NCBI GenBank assembly: GCA_012295275.1
Contig: CM022673.1
Span: 7,006,001-7,070,000, forward strand
DNA from: Chrysomallon squamiferum
Lineage: Eukaryota > Animalia > Mollusca
DNA: 64,000 nucleotides
Direction of reading: 5' to 3'
In this document: piece after piece, positions 1 to 23,971 of the stretch
Numbering within the stretch: the first letter of the stretch is position 1
Layout of the letters: each line of letters begins with the position of its first letter
Notes under the pieces: model-generated
Seen by the model: the letters and a program-made list of their open reading frames with translations, nothing else
What the model was told of the DNA's origin: nothing
Database searches by the model: none
Program-made: the position numbers and the translations under genes

Positions 1-519
1 ACACACATACACACAGAAAGAAAAAAAGAAAAGTAAAAAAGAAAAAAAAAGACAAGAAAAAGAACTATATATTATATCAATAATCTTATGAGGAAATATG
101 TTTTGATTTTTTTTTCACTTTCTGTCGTTTATAAAAGTTTTATATGTATAATCTGATTAGGCAGTACTTTTGAAAAACAGTTTGTTATTTTACGTTCACT
201 ACTTTTTCACCCAGAGTGAATATGTTGAATATCTGATATGTACTATTAAATTACTACATGACGAAGTAACTGTTTTTCAAATTGTTATCATAATATCTAT
301 CCTGCAGTAACAGTTGTACACAGGGTATAGTCCTTCGTGAACAATCCTCTCGTATAATGTAACAAAACAAATACATAGAAAAGAGGAGTTAAAAAAGAAC
401 AGGTATTGCAATAATTTTTATATGTCTCTGTCTTATATATCAGTTTACATACATGACAAAAAACTCATCCGCTTTTTCATTTGTGTGTATGTATATATAT
501 ATCATATATATAGTTTTTT

Positions 520-560
<41 letters not shown>

Positions 561-904
561 ACTCAAGAAGAAAACAAGAACTAAAACAAAAATAAATAAT
601 ATAATTCCCAAATAACAATAAAAACAAACAAATTAAAGAAACAATCAAGCGAAACTGTGATGTTTTTGAATTTGTTATGAAACTAATAATTTTTTTTTCA
701 GGATTCAATGTAATTTTAACAGAAGGACAGTGAATGTACAGTGATTTGTCTAAATTCGAACAGATTATTAATTCACTAATTTTATTAAGTAAATCTGTTG
801 ATATTAAGCCATTCGAAGATTGACTGTCTAATACTCAGTTTTGTTGGATAGATAGTAAGTATTTCCTTTAAATATTTCATTATATTGTCAGTTCTACCTT
901 TCAG

Positions 905-1660
905 AGAGGGATCTTGACATTACATGGTAAAGAATATCAGCTGGAACCAAAATCACGTGACCGTCGAGAGACACCACATGACGAAGAAGAATATATTCTG
1001 GAAAAACAGCCTGTACATTTTACTGATGATGATTACATAGAAATCCGTAAGTTGTATTTTAATTTTAAAACACGCACACACAGACACACTTATATATGCG
1101 CACTCTCACTGAAACACACGTAAACATTCAGATAGACAGATACAATGACACATGCATGTACACAGATACATACGAACAAACACACATATAACTGTGTGTA
1201 TTTGTGTTTGTATATACATGCAGAAATAAATACATGAATACATACATATATACATACATACTTATATGTACATACATTCAGTCATACATAGATGCATACA
1301 TCAGAGAGTATTCAAAAATCCTAAACTATATGCTTGCCAGTGCCAGGTTTCCCAACAAAAAACAACAACAGATGCTTTCAAAAATGACGAAAGACAAAGA
1401 ACGGAGGGCTTGGTGGGAAGGGATGATTACCCTCGGTTATTGAGCAACGTTTTTAGTGTTGTCTCGGTGGGCGAATGGTAACATCGTCCGCATTTGGAGT
1501 GCGGGCGAATGGATGCTATATGTTCCTAGTCTCATCAGCGGCATCCAACGGTGTTTGTGATTGGACCTTGTCCTCCTGCACCAGTGCGTTCCCGAATATT
1601 GTCTATCTGCAGAGTCTATTCAGACGTACATACGACAGAGAATATTCAAAAATCCTAAAC

Positions 1661-1696
<36 letters not shown>

Positions 1697-2961
1697 AGTG
1701 TCTCAGGCACTGCAAAACGTTGAAACTCAATAAATATGGCAACAACACAAACGATGTTTGTAAGAGACAAAGAAACAAAGATCAACCAACTAACCCTCTG
1801 TTTTCCAGTTAAAAACTCCTTATTTTGTTTGAATGGCTAATTATCTGAAATAATACACTTTTTGTTAACTAAACAAGAGATGATTACAACAATTTAGAAA
1901 ACTACATATATATATTTTCAGCTTCGGTTGAAGATGAAACGACAAAATATTCTGTCCCCGTACGAGATAAGAGAGAAACAACTGAATACTACATAGACAT
2001 ACTGACTGTCGTAGACTACGCTATTTATCAAAGGTAAGAAAATGTTTTGATACGAAGACACACATAGCTATGAACTGTTCTGTTAAAAAAATGGTATGTC
2101 GATATGCTACTAACTTTAAACAACTAAAGATAATGCAGTTAGTATGCCACTGATTGACTGACTGACTGACTGACTGATTGACTGATTGACTGACTGACTG
2201 ACTGATTGACTGACTGATTCATTCATTCATTCATTCTTTTCGTTATTTAGTCGGTTCAATTCTGTGATAAGTGATGAGTCAGTGACTCATTATCTTAGTT
2301 CAGTTCTGTTCAATTTTGTGAGTCCGTGTCTCCAGCCACTGAGTCAGTGAGTAATCCAGTGAGTCAGTCAGTTAGATCGTTCAGACAGGCAGTGAGTAAG
2401 TGAGTGTGTCTCGAGCGTGTGAGTCAGTGAGTAAGTAAGTGTGTCTCCAGCGTGTGAATCAGTGAGTAATCCAGTGAGTGAGTCAGTTAATTCAGTCAGT
2501 TTAGACACGAACATTTTGAAAAAGGTTTTCCGTCTGCTTGAACTATAGACAACTATTAATCTTTTATTTTATTTTATTTTGTTTTATTCTTTAGAGAATA
2601 CAACAGCACAGTTTCAACGTTAAGTTCTGAAGAACGGAAAAGTAAAACTTTGCAGAACATTAGAGAATATTTCGCCTACGTTATGAACGGGGTAATGATA
2701 ATTAAAAGTATATTTCCTTTCTTAAGTTTAATTATTTGAACTCTTAAGGTAATGAACTATGAGCATACTGAAGGTCTTCTATCTGTCTTATCTCTCTGTC
2801 TCTGTATTTAATTACATATCTGTATATATTTAATTAAATAGTTATTGTTTTATTTTCAGGTAAATCTTCACTACAAGAGAATAACTGGATTCGGTTTTAG
2901 TTTGGCTATTAGATTGATAGGTTACGTTGTAGCTGACGTAAGTGTATTATTGTTATTGTTA

Positions 2962-3014
<53 letters not shown>

Positions 3015-4583
3015 GTTATTGTCGTTGTTATTATTATTATTATTCTGTGGACATAAATGAAATATATGACAAAAATTGTATTTATGTCAGCTTATTTACA
3101 AAATTTTTTTAAATGTGTTTTTTATGTTGATAATGATATAAATTAGAACACATTTTGTTATTATTTTAAGTTTATCTCCTGATCATAGATTTGTCTGTCT
3201 GTATGTTTCCTTTTATGTCCCGCAACCCTACCTTTTTTAAATATTTTCTTATTCATTTTGTAAATTCATTTATTATAATTCTCGGTTTTTGTACTTGGAT
3301 AATTTGTACATTATTTAAAATGATTTTTCTAGACCCGAGATAAATCTACGTGGACTGAAAATAACGTTACAATGACATCAGAGGGGGAGAAATCGACTCT
3401 TTAGTGGTTTTGAGTAATTTAAAATCGTGGGTTTCTTCGACGTCACTACCTGAGAATGATCACGTGATGTTATTTAGCGGGTGAGTAAATTTATTATATT
3501 TTACCATATTTTATTTATTTATTTGTTTATTTATTTATTTATTTATTATTTGTTATATTTGTTTCTTTGTTTGTCTGAATACTTGTTTTATTATTTGTTT
3601 TTATATGAGCGATAGGTGTTGGATAATATATGATGTAAAGAAAGTACTAAAAACATAACTGTCTTGCATCTTTATTATATTTTAGATATTTTATATAAAT
3701 AAATAAATAAATTCTTCCTGGCATTTTCTTATTTTGTTTTGAATTATAGGTATGATTTTTTTTACGTTGATCAGAATGTTAAGGACAATTCCGTTGATGG
3801 TAAGTATATGTTTTCATATAAATGAATACCTTTTTCGAATAAAGTAAATTTAATAATTCATTCTTAATGATAGTTATAAATTGTTTTATTTGTTACATTT
3901 CTTGATTTTTGTGAAAATCTCTCCGTGTGTCTGTCTTTCTGTCTGTCCTTCTTTTTCTCACTATGTGTATTCATGCTTATCTTACATTTATTTCCAATTA
4001 AACCTCCCCGATGAAAATTTTAAAAAGATACAATACAAATCCAGGCAAAAGAAAGAAGAAAAAGACAACCTCAAAACTAAACCAATCGATCAAACAGAAA
4101 ATAACAACAACAAAAAAAAAAAAAAATAAATAAATAAATAAATAAATAAAAAAATAAAATGGTAAAGAAAATAAAACAATAAAAATAAACAAATCAACAA
4201 AAAATTATTAAAAACAAAAATATAAACAATCAAACAACCACAAAAACAAACAAACGACAACATAAACTAAAAATGATAACTCTAATGAAATATTATTTTT
4301 CACTTTAGGATTAGCTTATTTTTCACAAATTTGTCGATCAGAAGGTATGAGTACGTCTGTAATTGAAGATCATGGTGGTTTTCAACACATAGAGACAGCA
4401 ACTCATGAACTTGGACACAGGTAGTTTGTTTAAATGTGTAACATCTATGTTATTAAAATTAACTTTGGTATAGTTGTGTCTGTATTATTTCTGTAATGTC
4501 TGTTAATATTAACTTAGCCATAGTTAAATGGCTTGCCTGAATAATATATAAGTTATTGTGTGTTATTTACTTTCTTTTATTTT

Positions 4584-4636
<53 letters not shown>

Positions 4637-7600
4637 AAAACAAAAAAACAACAAAAACCTTCTTATAGTTTCTTCGTAAAATGCCTTGGACAACTCAGTA
4701 GAAAACGTTTTGCGTGGAGACGTATTTTGAAACCATTATCCAAGTAAAAACACGGTTTACAGATAGGTGAGTAAGTTCAGGGCAAAGGGAAATGAACAAA
4801 ACCTGACCTCTAAAGGTGAATGGTTCACACTGGACGACATTTGAGTGTGAGAGTGGAAGGGAATGCTGATGCTGTCATGGACTTTGTCGGTCAAAGCTCT
4901 GAGAAGTCCATCCGAAGGCGCAGCCAGGAGCTAGGCATTCTCCGGGAATCACTGTAGCGGATTATGGTCTTGGACCTTAAGTTGTACCCTTACAAAAAGC
5001 AGAAGCTGACACAGAGGAATAATGACAAAAGATCTGTCACGTGTTTATGACTTTGTAAAAAAAAACCACTGATGAGGACCTTAATTATGAGCCTGATGAG
5101 GCCCATTTTCTTCTGTCAACTGCACAAACTGGTGCACAACACCACTAGAGGATGTTCTGCAGCGTCCACTATATTAAATAAAGTGACATCGTTGGACCTT
5201 TTCGATTTGAAGACGAAATAGAGAAGTGTGTTATCTTGACGTCCTCGGGAAATTTTGGAGTTGGCTAGGGAAACGTGCACGCACATTTCGTCACAAGACG
5301 AGGTTTGAGCAGGACCGGGCTACGACCATACACTTCAAAACCAAACACTGATGTTGGCTGTCGCAATGATTCCCGGATCGACATATCGGAAGGCGATGTA
5401 ACCTGAGTGGTCCCAGATTCACCTGACCTGTTAGTACTTTTACATTCCTGTTAAACTGACTTGTATTTTTGTTTAATTTATTTGTTTAGTTTGGGAGCTA
5501 AACACGACGGCGATGGCAACAACTGCACTGGAGATGATCAGTACATCATGACGGCGACGACTCGTGATAGAAGTGATCCAAACAACACAAATCAGTGGAC
5601 TTTTTCTAACTGTTCTGTCACTTATTTTAAAAACTACGTGACGTCTCTTGTGAATACCGAGTAAGTACATTATATATCCATCATTAAATTAATATCCACA
5701 TTTTCTTTTCTCGGGAAAACAAAAGTTTTAAGTGTATTTTCTAATATATGGAATATCTTATTTTACCTCGACTTACGAGTGCGCATCTTACGAGTTTTTC
5801 GAGTTACGAGCAGTCGAGGTTTTGGTTTGAGTTGCGAGCCACAATCCGAGTTCCGACCGAGCTACAGACACGCCGCCGCTAGTTGGCACAACGGACAACA
5901 TAACATCCGGCAAGCATCCCGCATCTTGCTCGTTTATTTTGCGTGGTTACCTGAACGCCGAAGCACCTCTGTTGTGTTGTGGTCGCGTTTGGTGCAGTGT
6001 TTGCCAAATTTCTTTCTTCTGACCATGGATTCTAAGAAAGTGAGTGCAAAGGACAGTAGTGAGAAGAAGAAGCGGATAATGTCCATTAAATCAAAAGCTT
6101 GAATTCATAGAAAAACATTAGCGAGGTGTGCATGTAGTCGACTTGGCTAAGCAGTAAGAGCTAGTAATTTTACGATATGTACCATATTGAAGCTTAAGGA
6201 GTCGATAAAGGCTGTAACTCCAGCCAGAGGAGTTGATAAATAAAATTATTTGTCTAATCTGCAAGATAAATACACTTTACAAAACCAATTACTTTACATT
6301 CTGTTGTATTTATTAATTTTTTTAAATATTTGTCATTTATATAATACATTTTTGTTATAATAAAAAAAAAGAAAAAAAAAAGTAATAAATAAAATGAAGA
6401 AAAGTAGAAAAAAAATGGGGTGGATTTTTGGAGGGCTGGAACGGATTAATGGTATTTCACGGAACGAACTAAACTCGTAAGTCAAAGTACCCCTTTCTCT
6501 CTCTCTCTCTCTGTCTCTGTCTCTCTTTATATATATATATATATTCATATATTCATATATTTCGAAGATTTTATTTTATTCATACTAATTATTTAATTAA
6601 ACAAACGTTTTCTACTAATAAAGTATGATATAAAACATTAGGCTTATGGGATCGATTTACCTACAGTTTTTCACTTTTCATAATTTCTGTTTTTATCAAG
6701 GTAGTTAAAATAATTTAGTAAATCATTGACTAAGCCACTTTTTTTACATATCAGACTGAAATATACGAAATGTATATTCACATACACATATACATAGATC
6801 CGCAGATACACATACATATGTAACACACGTACAAACACATATATACATATGAAATATTTTACTTCATTTGCTTATTTCATGTAAAATATATTATTGAAAC
6901 AGCACATACATTCAATTGACATTATCTACGGATTCATATATTTCTAATATAATATTATGCAGCTATGGAAGAAAATGTCTAAGTGAAAAAGTAGCAAAAG
7001 ATAAAGTCTCATCAGTCGATGGTTTTTCTTTTCCAAATTTTGTTTTTGCATATTTCGAAGAGTTTATTTTCATTAAACTCGTGGTCTAAATATATTTTTG
7101 TACATTTCCTAAATGATTATTTTATTCATGTTAATTATTTTATTTACACAGTTATTTTCTACTAATAAATGGTGTCATAAAATATAAGGCGTATGGGATC
7201 AATTAACGTTAGCTTTCTCCGTTACGCAATTTCTGTTTGTATCTCAATTGCGAATAGCAGAAAATGTATCATGTCCTCAGTCTGTTACGGATTTCTGTTT
7301 TCACATCTGTATCGTAAAACATTCACACACAAACACAGATGTAGAAACAAACAAAATATTTTCCTTCATTCACTTATACCGTATTAAGATATTATTAAAA
7401 CAGTTTTGTTACTAATATAATTATGATCATGCAGGTATGGAAGAAAATGTCTGACTGAGAAAGTAACAAAAGACAAAGTCCCGTCAGTCGATGATTTTCC
7501 AGGACAGAAGTACAGCCCCGATGTTCAGTGTCAGAGGTTACTTGGACCAAAATCAAAATTTTGTCGGGTACGATTGAAAAATGTTCCCATTGTCTCTGAT

Positions 7601-7988
7601 TTTAAAAATTTCATTTCAGTTTGAATTTCACGGAATTTAAAAAATAAACAACAAATATTTTCTGCTTTTTTTAAAACTTATTTTCACAATTTCTCTGATT
7701 AATTTTTATGTTTCTAATTATGACATTTTGTTCTTGAAAACTATTCTGTATTTCATTTCAGAGTGTTACATTTGATCCAGATTACAGCAGAATTTGTTTT
7801 AGTATGTATTGTGAGAAACCAGGTAGCGCCAAATGTTATCCTTATAATGCCGCAAGAGGAACAACGTGCGGAAATAAAAAGGTAAAAATAGATTTAAAAA
7901 AAATGTTAAACTGAATTACTGAAAAAACAAAATAAAAACAGCAGTTAAAGAACAACAACAAACTTAATAATAATAATAATAATAATAA

Positions 7989-8020
<32 letters not shown>

Positions 8021-8259
8021 TAAAAAATAAAATAAAATAACAACAACAGAAAAAGAGATAAATTAAAAAATAATTATTTCTTTCTTTTTCTCTTCTTCTC
8101 GGACTCTCTCTCACAATCATCCGTCCCCCAGACTCTTTCTACGTTTGCTCTCACTCTGGCTCTAGTTTTCTTCAACTAAAATGTAATATTATATTTTTTC
8201 AGTGGTGTATAAATGGCCTGTGTGTATCATCCCCGAATGCCCCTAGAGTTGATACGTAA
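905..8259 (+). CDS. Gene 1: ADAMTS/MIG-17-like M12B zinc metalloprotease, 5'-partial (exons 1-3 lie upstream of the window), C-terminally truncated; one 1-bp frameshift
   Basis: GT-AG exons: 905-1046, 1922-2033, 2595-2691, 2860-2937, 3333-3480, 3750-3799, 4309-4420, 5490-5660, 7435-7567, 7762-7881, 8203-8259 (TAA). Furin-type sites RDRR and RDKR; EYYIDILTVVDYAIY; zinc motif HELGH-S-LGAKHD split by a phase-2 intron; YIM Met-turn; FSNCS; PGQKYSPDVQC...AARGTTCGNKKWCINGLC. Exon phases and sizes match genes 2 and 3, except exon 3333-3480, which is 1 nt short (G5 run at 3383-3387; TAG at 3402). Intron 1-900 is homologous to gene 2 intron 3. Confidence 0.88.
2148..2500. repeat. (GACT/GATT)n and (GTGA/GTCA)n tetranucleotide repeats
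   Basis: Direct inspection. Confidence 0.85.
4309..4420 (+). CDS. Gene 1 catalytic exon (GLAYFSQICRSEG...ATHELGH)
   Basis: AG/GT boundaries; HExxH motif; 112 nt, as in genes 2 and 3. Confidence 0.9.
4681..5430 (+). mobile_element. Degenerate Tc1/mariner-superfamily transposase relic in gene 1 intron 10
   Basis: Frameshifted, stop-ridden peptides MPWTTQ*KTFCVETYFET, EKSIRRRSQELGI..LDLKLYPYK, DEAHF, FEQDRAT and DSPDL (WP.xSPDL-like motif). Absent from the matching gene 2 intron. Confidence 0.8.
5764..6490 (+). mobile_element. Internally deleted Tigger/pogo-type DNA transposon in gene 1 intron 11
   Basis: Terminal inverted repeats tacctcgacttacgagt (5764-5780) and actcgtaagtcaaagta (6473-6489). 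Decayed CENP-B-type N-terminal HTH reading MDSKKVSAKDSSEKKKRIMSI..IEKH*RGVHVVDLAKQ..TICTILK. Absent from the gene 2 intron. Confidence 0.8.
6550..7495 (+). repeat. Tandem ~480-bp duplication in gene 1 intron 11, including a truncated pseudo-exon copy of exon 12 at 6963-7026
   Basis: catatttcgaaga.. starts both copies (6557, 7049). The first copy ends gcag|ctatggaagaaaatgtctaagtgaaaaagtagcaaaagataaagtctcatcagtcgatgg; the true exon starts at 7435. Confidence 0.75.
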
Positions 8260-8845
8260 TAAGTTTCAATATGTTTGGTTTACAAGCAAGTTATTCTGAA
8301 GGACCGATATCGTTTTTTTAGCTTAATATTTTTAGATTACAAGCATCTCGCTTTTAGGACTTATAACGTATTCAGGTTCAAAGATTCTTGTTTGGAAGAA
8401 AAATTGATGTTTAACAAAATAGAAGAAAAAAATCTATCTAGTCTATTAACCATTTGTTCACTGAAAATGTACTAGACTAAACTTTGCTAGATCTCACAAT
8501 ATCGAATCATTTATCAGTTTTTAATGCAAAATGTTTGTACTTGTCAATAAACTCAGATATACTAATTACTTATTGTTATTTTATGTTTTTCTATACTTAA
8601 ACATTTATGGAAGCCGTACAGAGAATTAAAACACCTAATCTGAAATATAGATAATATGTTTGATTAATTTATCTTACTAGAATGTTATTTAAAAATACTA
8701 GATTAATATAAAATTGCAGACATAATTTCCACTAAATTCGTGCTCTTTTCATATATGTATATATATATATATATGCATAGTTACTTTGGTTTTATGGCTA
8801 AAATATAAGTTTTCGAAAAAATATATACACACATACATACATACA

Positions 8846-8878
<33 letters not shown>

Positions 8879-8901
8879 GTATGTATGTATGTATATATAT
8901 A

Positions 8902-8933
<32 letters not shown>

Positions 8934-9125
8934 GATTCATAGATAGATAGATAGATAGATAGATATATAGATTTAGATATTTTTGTAACAGCACAATTGT
9001 CTCATGAACTATTTTTCTTTATTTAGATTTTACGTATTGTGTTACATTTCGCTATTAAAGGTAAGATCACGATACCCTTAGGAATATCGTCACATTTCAA
9101 CTTTTTTGTTTCTTCTGTTGACTGT

Positions 9126-9300
9126 AGCTTCAATATTTCTACTTTACAAGGAAGTTACTCTACGGGACTGGCAACGTTTTTAGCTTCAATGTTTCTACTT
9201 TACAAGGAAGTTACTCTACGGGACTGACAACGTTTTTAGCTTCAATATTTCTACTTTACAAGCAAGTTACTCTACAGGACTGATTACGTTTTCATCTTCA
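9126..9300 (+). repeat. 56-bp minisatellite, ~3 copies
   Basis: agcttcaat recurs at 9126, 9182 and 9238; the unit is homologous to the gene 2 C-terminal coding sequence. Confidence 0.9.
9128..9227 (+). CDS. Putative alternative terminal exon of gene 1 encoding a GPI-signal-like hydrophobic tail (FNISTLQGSYSTGLATFLASMFLLYKEVTLRD*)
   Basis: Pyrimidine tract plus TAG acceptor at 9101-9127. In phase with donor AC|GTAATA at 8255/8256. Peptide closely matches the gene 2 tail STVQASYTTGLTTFLASIFLLYKQVTL*. Confidence 0.45.
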
Positions 9301-10050
9301 GCTTGTTTAGAAAGATGCACTCTTAAGGAGATAGAAATTAAAAATTCGTAACCTGTAAAAATGATTGATTGCGATGCCAGTATAGATGCCACACAGACAC
9401 ACGCACACAACACACACTCGGACACACACACACATACACACAGACATGGACACAAATTCAAAGGAGTGGCTGATAAACCGGAACTACCGCACGGTTTGCA
9501 CGTTTCGCAAGAGATTGTTCGTATGACGAAACAACCGATCCACCCCGTAATGAAAAAGTTTGTATGAGACTGCATGTGTTTGTGTGTATGTATGTATGAA
9601 TCCGTGTCTGTGTCTGTGTACATAGCCGTAGTTCTGGTCTGTTTAATTTTGTAACGTCATCTGACGAAAGGCTGAGGATAATCGTGCGATGTACCCCTTT
9701 TAAATCGTGTATCAGTATTTGTAAAACAGTCGACAGCATAATCAGTACCAGAAATAACCCATTATAAAATATATAAAAAGTACTTCTTCCAATATATAAT
9801 TTATCTTATAAATATACATCTGTATCTCTTTTTTTCGCTTTGCTTTTATGAATAAATAAATAAGATAATTTCAGCAATGATTAAGATAATTCAGAATTAA
9901 ATTCTAAAACTGTTATTGTTAATATTTAAAGGGGAGTGTCCCCAGTTTTGTTAGGTAACGCGGAAGATACCATTCAATGTAATGGTCATGTGATGTACCC
10001 TTATTAAATCGTGTATCCGTATTTGTAAAACAGTCGACAAGACAACAGCA

Positions 10051-23405
<13,355 letters not shown>

Positions 23406-23965
23406 CAACAAACAAGTTACTTTACAAGCAAGTTAATCAACAATACTAACAATGTTTTCAGCTTAAATATTTCTACTTTTCAAGGAACTAAATTTGCAGG
23501 ACTTATAAACTTTTGGATTCAATATATTTTGTTTAAAAGCAAGTTATTGTATGTAACTGATAATATTTTTAAGCTCGTTACTTCTCCTTTATATTCAAGT
23601 TATTCGATAGCACTGATTATATATTTACCTTCAGAAATTCTGATTTTTAAACAGATTATTTTATAGGATTGATAACGTAATAAGTTTCAATATATTTGGT
23701 TTACTAGTAATTTATTCTAAAGGACCGATATCGGTTTTTTAGCTGAATATTTTTAGATTACAAGCAACTCATTGAATTGGATTTATAACGTATTCACGTT
23801 CAAAGTTTCTTGTTTGGAAGAAAAACAGATGTTTAACAAAATAGAAGAAAAAATCTATCTAGTCTTTTAACCATTTGTTGACTGAAAATGTACAAGACTA
23901 TACTTTGCTAGAGCTCACAATATCGAATCATTTATCAGTTTGTTGTGCCAAATTTTTTACCTGTC

Positions 23966-23971
23966 AATAAA
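23966..23971 (+). terminator. Candidate polyadenylation signal of gene 2 (homologous AATAAA at 8546-8551 in gene 1)
   Basis: tgtcAATAAActcagatatact is conserved in both paralogous 3' regions. Confidence 0.35.

Noticed and set aside
9126-9300. CRISPR-like regular repeats
   Set aside because: Contiguous 56-bp tandem units without unique spacers, in a eukaryotic context with no cas genes.
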